From positions 19,092 to 83,091 of IMG/VR virus record IMGVR_UViG_3300042352_000969: DNA of 64,000 bases. The stretch is one strand, 5' to 3'. Position numbers and translations under genes: made by a program. Below, in pieces: positions 37,535 through 46,708 of this stretch. Position 1 is the first letter of the stretch. The number at the start of each line of letters is the position of its first letter. The notes under the pieces were generated by a model. That model was given only the letters and a program-made list of their open reading frames with translations, searched no databases and was not told where the DNA came from. This DNA is from a virus. Lineage: Duplodnaviria; Caudoviricetes.

Positions 37535-37923
37535 AATTCAATTGTTGCGCCTTTAGTTTCTATCTTTTTAGGCATATCTTTTAAATGCTTTTTACCATTT
37601 GTTTTCTTTTTGTAATCGTTAAAATATTTGCGCTTCAATGGATCTTCGCCACCAGCCAAAGCTGCTCTTCTATCAGAAAGTTCTGAAGAGTAGTCAAGAA
37701 GATCGCCGTATTTTCCTGACATATTTCCTGTTTTATTTACAAATGCTTTATTATCGAACGGATCAACGACTTTAGCGTCTCCTAAATTTACTTGAGGTAC
37801 GTCGTAAATGCGTTCCCAGAAATTGTCATTACCGCTTTCTCCGCGATATGGCTTATAATCTTTCATAGACATAACTATATCTACGATTTTGCCAGTCTTT
37901 TTATTCTTAAATTGATAAACCAT
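37531..37923 (-). CDS. Hypothetical protein with an FmdB-like N-terminus lacking Cys
   Basis: MVYQFKNKKTGKIVDIVMSMKD...WERIYDVP resembles the FmdB ribbon layout. Confidence 0.4.
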   Translation of the reverse strand: MVYQFKNKKTGKIVDIVMSMKDYKPYRGESGNDNFWERIYDVPQVNLGDAKVVDPFDNKAFVNKTGNMSGKYGDLLDYSSELSDRRAALAGGEDPLKRKYFNDYKKKTNGKKHLKDMPKKIETKGATIEF

Positions 37924-37951
37924 ATCTATTATATGATATGTAGAAAAAATT

Positions 37952-37975
37952 AAAGCGCGACTTTCATCGCGCTTT
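37952..37975 (-). terminator. Intrinsic terminator after Hsp20
   Basis: AAAGCGCGA-6nt-TCGCGCTTT; on the minus strand it is followed by AATTTTTT. Confidence 0.85.
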
Positions 37976-37980
37976 GTTTG

Positions 37981-38259
37981 TTATTCTATTTCTATTTGTT
38001 TTTCCACTTTTTTAATTTGTGGAACTGTAATGGTTAATAGGCCGTTTTTCATCTTAGCTTTCGGATTATCAAAATCATATTTTGATCTTAGAAGATAATC
38101 TTCATAGCTAATTCTATACTTGTTATCATTAACGTTGATTGCTATGGAATAATCTTCCTTAAAGATTTTTACATCTTCTTTAGATTTTCCAGCGAGTTCG
38201 ACGTTGAATGTTAAACCGTCTTCTGTTACTTGATATTTATATGTTAATTTATTATACAT
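37981..38259 (-). CDS. Small heat shock protein (Hsp20 / alpha-crystallin domain, minimal 92 aa)
   Basis: GLTFNVELAGKSKEDVKI...KAKMKNGLLTITVP. Confidence 0.75.
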   Translation of the reverse strand: MYNKLTYKYQVTEDGLTFNVELAGKSKEDVKIFKEDYSIAINVNDNKYRISYEDYLLRSKYDFDNPKAKMKNGLLTITVPQIKKVEKQIEIE

Positions 38260-38274
38260 AGTTGTTTGTACTGT

Positions 38275-38291
38275 AGCAAGAATCGTGCCAA
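38275..38291 (-). promoter_or_regulatory. Sigma54 (-24/-12) promoter
   Basis: Minus strand TTGGCACGATTCTTGCT matches YTGGCACGrNNNTTGCW; predicted TSS near 38264, just ahead of the Hsp20 ATG at 38259. Confidence 0.8.
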
Positions 38292-38352
38292 CTTTTTGCG
38301 GCGTTTAAAGCGCCATTAAAGACGCTTTAGAACGTTTATGACACATAACGCG

Positions 38353-39441
38353 TCACATCTGGCTACTTATGGCACACAGTATTGTCTCAACTGTTTTTTC
38401 ATAAGTGAATTGTTTTTGAAGTTTTAGTCCTTCTGGATTTGGTTTCTTAGCGTAAGAAACAGACTTTAGAATAGCGTTTTCCATTTCTTCATCAGTGATA
38501 TCAAAGAACTGGCCTTGATTAAAAGGCTGTCCTTTATTAAAAAATACTCCATCATAGCATTCCTTGAGGCTAGAAGGTTCTATAAGTATGCTGTTACTGC
38601 TGGTTGCCCAATCCTTGTGGGCTGTTGCATTAATAACGACACTCCATTTACCAAGCGCAGTAGCGTTGAATGATGGCAGATTCCAACCTTCCGCTCCACT
38701 CAATCCGCCAAGATCGATATCTATACTGTTTAGATAGTCATTGACTTCGCTGTTCGTTTGCATGTATGGGACAAAGTTTAAATTATTGTACTGTTTTCCT
38801 TCTAAAACTTTTAATAGTTCATTTTGGAATCTGGCTTTATCGAGGAAAGGATTGGTGATCGCGCAGCTAAGTTGATATTCTGGCTTGTTGCCGAAAAGCT
38901 TAAGCCAAGACTTAATGATGCGAGCGGTATTTTTTCTGCTTTCAAACTTACCAAGAACTCCAAAATGGATTTTATCTTGAAGATAATTTTTATTGGTGAT
39001 ATGAAAATCATTATCAAAACCCAATGGAACATAAGTTACGTTTTTAACCCCGTTTAATTCAAAAATATTTTTAGTATAATTTGAGCTTACAAATATTGAA
39101 TCTTGCAAACTTAAAAGGTTCTTTTCTATATTTGTAACTTCAGAAACTTCATGAAAAGTGAACAAAGACTGATTCTTTACATATCTAGTCTCGCTTCCAA
39201 AAACATGCCATAACTTTAAAGAAGGCGTATTTCTGTCAATTTTTTCATATCTGCTATTAGTAGCTGATTGTAGATATTTAATGAATTCAGAATCAATCTT
39301 ATCATAAGCTTCTAATTCAGCTTTGTCTCCGATAGGAAAAAAAACTAAATCTATGCTTTTTTTGTGCAATTCTCTAAGAATGTTTACAGATACATTACCG
39401 AAAGATAATGCATTAATTGGAGCGTTGACTAATAATTTCAT
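38353..39441 (-). CDS. Glycosyltransferase, GT-B / family 4
   Basis: IFVSSNYTK, VPLGFD, GKFESRKNT, SGAEGWNLPSFNATALGK (EG..LP motif). Confidence 0.75.
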   Translation of the reverse strand: MKLLVNAPINALSFGNVSVNILRELHKKSIDLVFFPIGDKAELEAYDKIDSEFIKYLQSATNSRYEKIDRNTPSLKLWHVFGSETRYVKNQSLFTFHEVSEVTNIEKNLLSLQDSIFVSSNYTKNIFELNGVKNVTYVPLGFDNDFHITNKNYLQDKIHFGVLGKFESRKNTARIIKSWLKLFGNKPEYQLSCAITNPFLDKARFQNELLKVLEGKQYNNLNFVPYMQTNSEVNDYLNSIDIDLGGLSGAEGWNLPSFNATALGKWSVVINATAHKDWATSSNSILIEPSSLKECYDGVFFNKGQPFNQGQFFDITDEEMENAILKSVSYAKKPNPEGLKLQKQFTYEKTVETILCAISSQM

Positions 39442-40018
39442 ATTTGGATCTTATATTTTTAGAAATGGAATTTAAAGCTGCGTTATGTATATTTATGCAT
39501 CCTTGAATGCTTAAATTCATTGTTTTACTTATTTTCCTCCAAGGAATAAGCTTTTTATTACCAGAATAACGCATTGAAAATATCTTTTGTATTCGCTTGT
39601 CTGGGTGTTTAGATATGTGTTCGTTGAAATCTTTTAGTATCTGATCTTGAAGATTTATAGAAGTTTGTTCGTATTCGTCTTTTATACATTCAAAATCATA
39701 AGTGTTGTCGTTTAATTCTACATATTTTTTATTCTTGTTAGAAGCGTTTAGACATATCCATTTAGCTTCATTACCTAGAAATGTAGAAAACTTAGTGCCG
39801 CGATTCTCGTCGTACTTAAGAACGGAATTATAAATTGCGTATTCTTTGTCGTTTATTATTTCATGCCTCAATGAATCGTTGTTGCAGTTCTTGAGAAAAG
39901 AATTTACTATGTCCAAGTAAATTCCCGAATGCCTGTCTATAAGTTCTTGTAGACATTCATTTATTTTATTCTTGTTTTTAATGTTGTTGATTAAATCTAA
40001 ATCACTTAAAGTCTCCAT
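39413..40018 (-). CDS. Phage RNA polymerase sigma factor (sigma70 family, regions 2 and 4)
   Basis: KYDENRGTKFSTFL resembles region 2.3; IFSMRY...WRKISKTMNLSIQGCINIHNAALNSI resembles the region 4 HTH. Confidence 0.75.
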   Translation of the reverse strand: METLSDLDLINNIKNKNKINECLQELIDRHSGIYLDIVNSFLKNCNNDSLRHEIINDKEYAIYNSVLKYDENRGTKFSTFLGNEAKWICLNASNKNKKYVELNDNTYDFECIKDEYEQTSINLQDQILKDFNEHISKHPDKRIQKIFSMRYSGNKKLIPWRKISKTMNLSIQGCINIHNAALNSISKNIRSKYEIISQRSN

Positions 40019-40631
40019 ATGTTGACCATCCTTTCTGATAGAATAACTTGCTTAGATGATAATTGCAAGTTTCTTTTTCATCGGTAAACGTTTTCCACTT
40101 GATTGTATAGTCTGAATTTCGTTTTACAATCGGATCGTTTAATCTTTCTTGAAAATTAGAAGGTTTTTGACCCATTCTACTAAGATGAATAATAAATCCG
40201 CCGTTCTCTTTTATCCATTTAGACTCATTTTCATAACGGACATCTGTGATAACGACTATGATTTTATTGTTTATAGAAGATTTTATCTGCTTTTCAACTT
40301 TCTTTATCCAATAATCAGGATCAATTTTTCTGCAAACGTCAGTTCCCCAGCAAACAAGAATTGGTCGAATAAGATCTTTTTCGGAATTGATTTCTGTAAA
40401 AGCTGAAACATTGAGTTTCTCTTTTAAGAATGGATCTAAGTCTCTTTTCAGTTCCATAGCGAAAGATATATTCATCGCTGGGAATCCAGATTTATTAAGT
40501 TTACTTATGAGATGTTTTCCAAGTGTGTCTTTGCCGCATCTTGCTACGCCAGCAATACCGAATATTAAAGGTAATTCTTTTGAAATCATTTTTTTTCTTC
40601 TTCGTATTATAAATTTATGAGTTTTGTTCAT
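40002..40631 (-). CDS. Deoxynucleoside monophosphate kinase (T4 gp1-like); true start possibly at MISKE
   Basis: IFGIAGVARCGKDT, SFAMELK, RPILVCWGTD, VVITDVRYENE...IKENGG. Confidence 0.75.
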   Translation of the reverse strand: MNKTHKFIIRRRKKMISKELPLIFGIAGVARCGKDTLGKHLISKLNKSGFPAMNISFAMELKRDLDPFLKEKLNVSAFTEINSEKDLIRPILVCWGTDVCRKIDPDYWIKKVEKQIKSSINNKIIVVITDVRYENESKWIKENGGFIIHLSRMGQKPSNFQERLNDPIVKRNSDYTIKWKTFTDEKETCNYHLSKLFYQKGWSTYGDFK

Positions 40632-40761
40632 TTCTCTTAGGTTTCGCTCTTTAGGTTTCGCTCTTTAGGTTAACCTAATTTTTTATTAAGATATTATTTA
40701 AGATTTTGTGTAAGATCTTCTTAAGATTAATTAAACTCTTTCGCTTCGCTTCAGAGTTTAA
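40631..40761. repeat. Intergenic cluster of direct repeats and palindromes
   Basis: TTTCGCTCTTTAGG x2 (40642-40669) plus a degenerate copy; palindrome AGGTTAACCT (40667-40676); TAAGAT x4 at 12/12/11-nt spacing; inverted repeat TTAAACTCT...AGAGTTTAA (40731-40761). Confidence 0.85.
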
Positions 40762-41063
40762 TGAGGATTTTCTCCTTTGTCAAGGAAAAAATCCCTCAAA
40801 GATTCCAAATCTTTTGCCAATTTAAAATAGCCAAGGTCATTTAAAATAGACGAAGTTTGAAAAATGGAAGTTTCTATTTCATGATTATTTATTAAATCGA
40901 CACTTATCAAGAAAGAAAGATTGGTTTTTAACCCAAGTTTATTTAAGATTTTTTTTAAACCGTTTGTGGCGGCTTCTTCGAACGAGTTTGCCAGAATCAT
41001 GCATTCTATATCGGCGCATATTACCAAGTAAAAATTGTCTTGAAATCCTAAAGTCCTAATCAT
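40758..41063 (-). CDS. Hypothetical protein, 101 aa
   Basis: Preceded by TATAGT-6nt-ATG on the minus strand. No family recognised. Confidence 0.55.
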   Translation of the reverse strand: MIRTLGFQDNFYLVICADIECMILANSFEEAATNGLKKILNKLGLKTNLSFLISVDLINNHEIETSIFQTSSILNDLGYFKLAKDLESLRDFFLDKGENPH

Positions 41064-41090
41064 AAGATTACTATACTAATTTAATAAAAC

Positions 41091-41831
41091 ATGTCAACAA
41101 AAAATTACAAAATTAGTTGTTTTTCTATCATATACGAAGCGGAAATTTTTATGCAAGGCTTGATAGATAATATTTTAGAACAAGAAGATTTTGAAAATAT
41201 AGAGTTTATTTTTATAAACCCAAAATCGCCAGACAAATCAAAAAACATATTGCTTCCATATTTAGAAAAATATATTAACTTTAAATTAATAGATCTAGAT
41301 TTAGATCCTGGGCTTTACGAATGTTGGAATATAGGAGTGAAAGAAAGCTCTTCTGATATTATAACTAACTGGAATCCAGACGATAGAAGAACCGCAGATT
41401 CTATAAAAAGCCTAGCAAATACTTTAATTCTTTTGAATGATTACGATCTCGTTTACGGTTTGACGTTAATCACAAAAAATAAAAATGAAAAAACTCAAAA
41501 TTGTGAATCTCAATCTATTTTTTCAGCAGAACCTTTTTCTATTAAAAATTTATTTTTTAACAACTCTCCTCATTGTATGCCCGTCTGGAGAAAAAAGATT
41601 CATGAAAAATTTGGGTATTTTGATAATTCTTATGTTTCTGCTGGTGATGGAGACATGTGGTTAAGGGCGGCAATTAACGGTTCAAAGTTTTTCTTTTTAA
41701 AAAAGATAATAGGAAGTTACTATGAATCAGACTCAACAGTTTCTAGGAATAAAGATAAATTACACTTTTTAGTAAATGAAGTGTATGAGATGAGATGCAA
41801 AAATTTAAAACGCTTAATGAGACTAACATGA
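41091..41831 (+). CDS. Glycosyltransferase family 2
   Basis: IFINPKSPD, GLYECWNIG, NWNPDDRR, HEKFGYFD, SAGDGDMWLR. Confidence 0.85.
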   Translation: MSTKNYKISCFSIIYEAEIFMQGLIDNILEQEDFENIEFIFINPKSPDKSKNILLPYLEKYINFKLIDLDLDPGLYECWNIGVKESSSDIITNWNPDDRRTADSIKSLANTLILLNDYDLVYGLTLITKNKNEKTQNCESQSIFSAEPFSIKNLFFNNSPHCMPVWRKKIHEKFGYFDNSYVSAGDGDMWLRAAINGSKFFFLKKIIGSYYESDSTVSRNKDKLHFLVNEVYEMRCKNLKRLMRLT

Positions 41832-42490
41832 AAAAAATAATATCTTTCTGTGTATGGGGTAATAATCCAAAATATTGCATTGGTGCAATTAAAAATGCTA
41901 TTTTAGCAAAACAAATATATCCTGATTGGATATGTAGATATCACTGTGACAAAAGCGTTCCAAAAGATATTATTGAAAAACTTAAAAATTTAGACAATGT
42001 AGAGATTTTAATGTTTGAAAATTGTAATAATTGGAAATTTACTACATCAAGATTATTTTCTTTAGACGATCCTAATATAGAATATATAATTTTTAGAGAC
42101 ACAGACTCTCGCCTTTCTTATAGAGAAAAGGCCGCAGTCGATGAATGGATACTTTCTGGTAAAAGCGCACACATTATGAAAGATCATCCGTGGCATGGAA
42201 GTTTTCCAATACTTGCTGGAATGTTTGGCCTTAAATGCGGAATCGTAAAGAATATTGCGGATAAATTAAATAATTTTCAAATTAATGAACAGTATCATTA
42301 CGATCAAATATTTATTAATAATGAAATTTATCCATTTATAAAAAACGACTGCGTGATTCATGATGAAATTTTTGAAAAAAAACCTTTTCCTACAAAAAGA
42401 GTGAATTATGAATTTGTGGGAGAAGTCTTTGATGAAAACGAAAACACTGTTCATGAACACACTGAAGTTTTAAAAAAATATTATCAATGA
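41828..42490 (+). CDS. Glycosyltransferase-like protein (start re-assigned to MKKIISF)
   Basis: ISFCVWG...YCIGAIKN, IFRDTDSRL (DxD), HIMKDHPWH, ILAGMFG, YHYDQIF. Confidence 0.55.
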   Translation: MKKIISFCVWGNNPKYCIGAIKNAILAKQIYPDWICRYHCDKSVPKDIIEKLKNLDNVEILMFENCNNWKFTTSRLFSLDDPNIEYIIFRDTDSRLSYREKAAVDEWILSGKSAHIMKDHPWHGSFPILAGMFGLKCGIVKNIADKLNNFQINEQYHYDQIFINNEIYPFIKNDCVIHDEIFEKKPFPTKRVNYEFVGEVFDENENTVHEHTEVLKKYYQ

Positions 42491-42567
42491 AATACAATAT
42501 TTTATTAACCGGCTCTCAAGGAACCCTCGGAAAAAAAATTGCCAATAAAATAGTTACAACAATATAA
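42487..42567 (+). pseudogene. 26-codon remnant of an NAD-dependent epimerase / SDR
   Basis: MKYNILLTGSQGTLGKKIANKIVTTI* carries a Rossmann GxxGxxG start and is ATGA-coupled to the upstream gene. Confidence 0.7.
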
Positions 42568-42572
42568 AATAT

Positions 42573-43220
42573 ATGCTACTAATTCATCATCATCTTGGTC
42601 TTGGAGATTATTTTGTTTGCAATGGGTTAGTTAGATATATATATTTCAATATTAAAAAAGATATAACATTAGTTGTAAAAGAATGTAATCATGAAACAGT
42701 GAAGGCTCTATATTCCGATATAGATTTAAAATACATGATTGTTAATACAGATTTTGATGTTAAACATGAAGGCTATTTTTATATTAGAATTGGTTTTGAA
42801 AATTGTAACATACAAGAATGGGAGAAATCGTTTTATAAACAAATAAAACTAGATTATTTAAATCGATATAAATATTCATTTTTTCCAAGAGACTATAAAC
42901 GCGAAAAAGAATTAATTAATAAATTAAATATTAATGAGGATTATTGTTTTTGCAATACATCTTGCAGTGTCGGTGAATATGATATCAAGATAAACACAAA
43001 CTATAAAAAAATATATTTACAAAAAATAACAAACAATCTATTAGACTGGATTGGAGTTATAGAAAACGCTAAAGAAATACATACTATAGATACTTCTGTA
43101 TTTCAGATGATAAAAAATTTAAATATCAAATGTAATAAATATTTTTATCCAATTCGTCAAAAAAATAACGATGGAACCCCTTTTACATTTGATGATCAAG
43201 ACTGGAAAATTTATGATTAA
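42573..43220 (+). CDS. Glycosyltransferase-like protein (GT-B, GT9-like motifs)
   Basis: HHHLGLGDYFVCNGLV near the N-terminus; IENAKEIHTIDTSVF near the C-terminus. Confidence 0.5.
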   Translation: MLLIHHHLGLGDYFVCNGLVRYIYFNIKKDITLVVKECNHETVKALYSDIDLKYMIVNTDFDVKHEGYFYIRIGFENCNIQEWEKSFYKQIKLDYLNRYKYSFFPRDYKREKELINKLNINEDYCFCNTSCSVGEYDIKINTNYKKIYLQKITNNLLDWIGVIENAKEIHTIDTSVFQMIKNLNIKCNKYFYPIRQKNNDGTPFTFDDQDWKIYD

Positions 43221-44586
43221 AAAAAATATAATTTTTGATTTAGACGGTGTTTTAATTGATACTAAAATTATACATTACCATTCTTTGAATAAGGCTTTGT
43301 GTAAAATTTCACCTGAATATTATATATCTGAACAAGAGCATGTTTTAATTTATGACGGTCTTAGCACACATGCCAAACTTAAACTATTATCAAAAAATAA
43401 AGGATTGCCAGAAAAATATTTTAATGAAATTTGGCAAAATAAACAACAATTTACACTTGAAAGTATTGATCAGTTAAAAGAAGATCATGAACTAGAAAAG
43501 ATTTTTCAATATTTAAAAGATAACGAATTTTCAATCATTTGCTGCTCTAATAGTATTAAAAAAACAATTTATACTATCTTGTGTAAATTAGATATTTTAA
43601 AGTATTTTGATTTAATATTATCCAACGAAGATGTCACAAATCCAAAACCCCATCCAGAAATATATTGGAAAGCAGCTTCGCAATTATCAGCAGATCCAAG
43701 CGAATGTCTAATTATAGAAGATTCACCAAAAGGTTTAACGGCAGCTCAAAAAAGCGGTTTTGATGTTCTAAGAGTAAAAAATAGAAACGATTTAACTCTA
43801 AATAAAATTATGGAATTCGCTCATAAAAATATAAAAACATTTAACACTACTTGGCAGGATAAAAACTTGAATATTCTTATTCCAATGGCAGGAGCTGGAA
43901 GCAGATTTGAAAAAGCTGGATATACATTTCCTAAACCATTAATAGATGTCAATGGAAAACCTATGATTCAGGTAGTGATAAATAATCTAGGTTTTGAAAG
44001 CCCACATATCTTTATTGTTCAGAAATCGCATAGAGAAAAATATAATTTAGATTCAATGTTATCAATTATTTCTAATAATTGTGACATTATTGAAGTTGAC
44101 GGAATAACCGATGGCGCTGCATCTACAACTTTATTAGCAAAACATTTAATTAATAATGACAATCCATTAATTATAGCTAATTCTGATCAATATATAGAAT
44201 GGAACACTAGTGAATTTATGTATAAAATGCAAGAGCAAGATTTAGATGCTGGCATTTTAACTTTTAAATCTACTCATCCAAAATGGTCTTTCGTCAAAAT
44301 AGATGAAAATCACTTTGTCACAGAAGTTGCAGAAAAAAACCCTATTTCAGACATTGCAACAGTTGGTATTTATTTTTGGAAAAAAGGATCTGATTATGTT
44401 AAATATGCAGAACAAATGATTAAAAATAACACTAAATATAATAATGAATTTTATGTATGTCCAGTATTTAATGAAGCAATTAAAGATGGAAAGAAAATTA
44501 AAACTTTTGACATAGAAAAAATGTGGGGTTTAGGCACACCTGAAGATTTGTCAATTTTTCTAAATAATAATAAAAATAAATCATGA
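43213..44586 (+). CDS. HAD phosphatase fused to a sugar nucleotidyltransferase (start re-assigned to MIKKNIIF)
   Basis: FDLDGVLID, KPHPEIY, IIEDS, then ILIPMAGAGSRF...PKPLIDV...IANSDQ...VAEK...GLGTPEDL. Confidence 0.85.
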   Translation: MIKKNIIFDLDGVLIDTKIIHYHSLNKALCKISPEYYISEQEHVLIYDGLSTHAKLKLLSKNKGLPEKYFNEIWQNKQQFTLESIDQLKEDHELEKIFQYLKDNEFSIICCSNSIKKTIYTILCKLDILKYFDLILSNEDVTNPKPHPEIYWKAASQLSADPSECLIIEDSPKGLTAAQKSGFDVLRVKNRNDLTLNKIMEFAHKNIKTFNTTWQDKNLNILIPMAGAGSRFEKAGYTFPKPLIDVNGKPMIQVVINNLGFESPHIFIVQKSHREKYNLDSMLSIISNNCDIIEVDGITDGAASTTLLAKHLINNDNPLIIANSDQYIEWNTSEFMYKMQEQDLDAGILTFKSTHPKWSFVKIDENHFVTEVAEKNPISDIATVGIYFWKKGSDYVKYAEQMIKNNTKYNNEFYVCPVFNEAIKDGKKIKTFDIEKMWGLGTPEDLSIFLNNNKNKS

Positions 44587-45686
44587 ATATCGTTATACCA
44601 ATGGCTGGACTCGGAACCAGATTTTCACAAGAGGGTTTCGTATTGCCAAAACCATTAATTGAAATTAATGGAAAAACTCTCATAGAACATTCAATTGAAA
44701 GTTTAAATATAAAAGGTAAATATATTTTTATAACAAGAAATTATGAAAATAAAGATCATAATTTACTTTTGTCAAATAAATTAAAATCTCTAGTTCCAGA
44801 TTGCGAAGAAATAAAAATAGATCATGTTACAAGCGGCGCTTCAGAAACTTGTCTTTTCGCTAAAAAATTTATAAATAATAATGAACCATTAATTATTACA
44901 AATTGCGATCAAAGACTAGAATGGGATTCTAATAAATTTTTATCATTCATAAATGAAAATAGCTATGATGGCATTATTGTAACTCATGAATCAAATAACC
45001 CAAAACATAGTTATGCAGATGTAGATGAAAATGATTTTATTTTAGATTTAAAAGAAAAGAAAGTTATTTCAAAATATGCTCTTATTGGTTTACATTATTG
45101 GTCCAAAGGTGAAGACTTTATAAATTCTGCCGAAAAGCTTTTAAACAATTTCAAAAACGAAAAAAAACCTGAATGTTATATTTCTGAAACTTATAATTAT
45201 TTGATTGAATGTGGAAAAAAGATAAAAAATTATCTTCTGCCAAACGAACAATATATTCCACTTGGCACTCCATATGATCTAAATATTTATAATGGAAAAA
45301 TTAAAGAATTTTATACAGATAAACCTAAAACAATTTTTTGTGATATAGATGGAACTATTTTAAATCATTTACATAAATTTAGTGTCATTACTGATAGCAA
45401 TCAATCTTTGCTTGAAGGCGTAGTTGAAAAATTCAATGAATGGGACTCACATGGTCACAAGATAATTTTATGCACCGCGAGAAAAGAATCTGCTAGAAAA
45501 ATGACTGAAGATTCATTAAAAAGACTTGGCATATGTTGGGATGTATTACTAATGGGTTTAACAAGCGGCGTTAGAGTTTTGATAAACGACAAAATTAACG
45601 ATAACATTCAAGACAGAGCGATTGGCGTGAATTTAATAACCAATTCTGGATTTAAAAAAGTAGACTGGAGAAAGATAAATTTATAA
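44583..45686 (+). CDS. Sugar nucleotidyltransferase fused to a C-terminal HAD domain
   Basis: IVIPMAGLGTRF...PKPLIEI...ITNCDQ...PLGTPYDL, then FCDIDGTIL, CTAR, LINDK. Confidence 0.85.
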   Translation: MNIVIPMAGLGTRFSQEGFVLPKPLIEINGKTLIEHSIESLNIKGKYIFITRNYENKDHNLLLSNKLKSLVPDCEEIKIDHVTSGASETCLFAKKFINNNEPLIITNCDQRLEWDSNKFLSFINENSYDGIIVTHESNNPKHSYADVDENDFILDLKEKKVISKYALIGLHYWSKGEDFINSAEKLLNNFKNEKKPECYISETYNYLIECGKKIKNYLLPNEQYIPLGTPYDLNIYNGKIKEFYTDKPKTIFCDIDGTILNHLHKFSVITDSNQSLLEGVVEKFNEWDSHGHKIILCTARKESARKMTEDSLKRLGICWDVLLMGLTSGVRVLINDKINDNIQDRAIGVNLITNSGFKKVDWRKINL

Positions 45687-46009
45687 TGAAGATCTTAAAT
45701 TTTCAAAATATGAAAGGCGGATGGTTTATTGGAGACTTTGAACCAACAGCTTATAAAACTAAAGACTTTGAAGTTTCCTATAAAACACACGTTAAAGATG
45801 AAAAGTGGGATCACCATTACCACACCATAGTAACAGAAATAAATCTTATAATTTCTGGCGAAATGATTTTGCAAGGAAAAACTTTAAAAGAGAACGATAT
45901 TTTCATATTGGAACCATATGAAATTGCTGATCCACAATTTCTTAAAGACACTTATATTATATGTGTTAAAACTCCTTCTGCTAATGATAAAAAAATCATA
46001 AAAACATGA
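45686..46009 (+). CDS. Cupin-fold protein
   Basis: MKGGWFIGDFEP, HHYHTIVTEINLIISGEM, IFILEPYE. Confidence 0.7.
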   Translation: MKILNFQNMKGGWFIGDFEPTAYKTKDFEVSYKTHVKDEKWDHHYHTIVTEINLIISGEMILQGKTLKENDIFILEPYEIADPQFLKDTYIICVKTPSANDKKIIKT

Positions 46010-46707
46010 ATATAATAACGCGTAATAAAATTCACGGTAACAATATTGTATCTAATAGAATTCGCTATATATTAGATATTATAGATCTTGATGATTCTAA
46101 AACGATTCTTGATATCGGTTCTTGGCATTTAGAACAATCTCTTGAATTTCATTCTATTTTTCCATCAGCGCAAATTCACGCATTTGAACCTGTTCCTCAA
46201 TCTTACATCAATTGTAAGAACAAAGCATCTTTTTATAAAAATATAAATGTTTATAATTTAGCTTTAACAGATTTCATTGGAGAAGCTTCTTTTTTCGAAG
46301 TAGATATTGATAAAAGTTCTACACCCAATGTCGGCGCTTCATCTCTTTTTAAATTTAAAGATGGAATGAATGGTTCTTTTTTTAATCAAAACTGGATTCA
46401 AAAAGAAATAAAAGTTCAAGCAAATACTTTAGATAATTGGTGCAAACAAAATGTTATTGATAAAATTGATATCATTTGGATAGACGTTCAAGGAGCAGAA
46501 CTTAACGTTTTTAAAGGTGGAGAAAATATTTTAAAAAATACTAAAGTAATTTTTACAGAAGTTGGATTAAAAGCTTATTATGAAGGTCATAGCTTAAAAA
46601 AAGATATAGATAATTATCTATTAAATCTAGGATTCAAAGAAATCTCTGATTCATTCGAATTAAATGGATTTGATTACGAAGCTAACACCATTTATATTAA
46701 AGAATAA
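46006..46707 (+). CDS. FkbM-family methyltransferase
   Basis: ILDIGS, IHAFEP, NLALTD, TLDNW, IIWIDVQGAELNVFKG. Confidence 0.9.
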   Translation: MNIITRNKIHGNNIVSNRIRYILDIIDLDDSKTILDIGSWHLEQSLEFHSIFPSAQIHAFEPVPQSYINCKNKASFYKNINVYNLALTDFIGEASFFEVDIDKSSTPNVGASSLFKFKDGMNGSFFNQNWIQKEIKVQANTLDNWCKQNVIDKIDIIWIDVQGAELNVFKGGENILKNTKVIFTEVGLKAYYEGHSLKKDIDNYLLNLGFKEISDSFELNGFDYEANTIYIKE

Positions 46708-46708
46708 T

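Noticed and set aside
40708-40713. GTGTAA on the plus strand within the repeat cluster as a gene promoter
   Set aside because: No ATG follows at 8-9 nt and it would point antisense into the 40758-41063 ORF. It may be chance or part of the TAAGAT repeat; an antisense RNA cannot be excluded.
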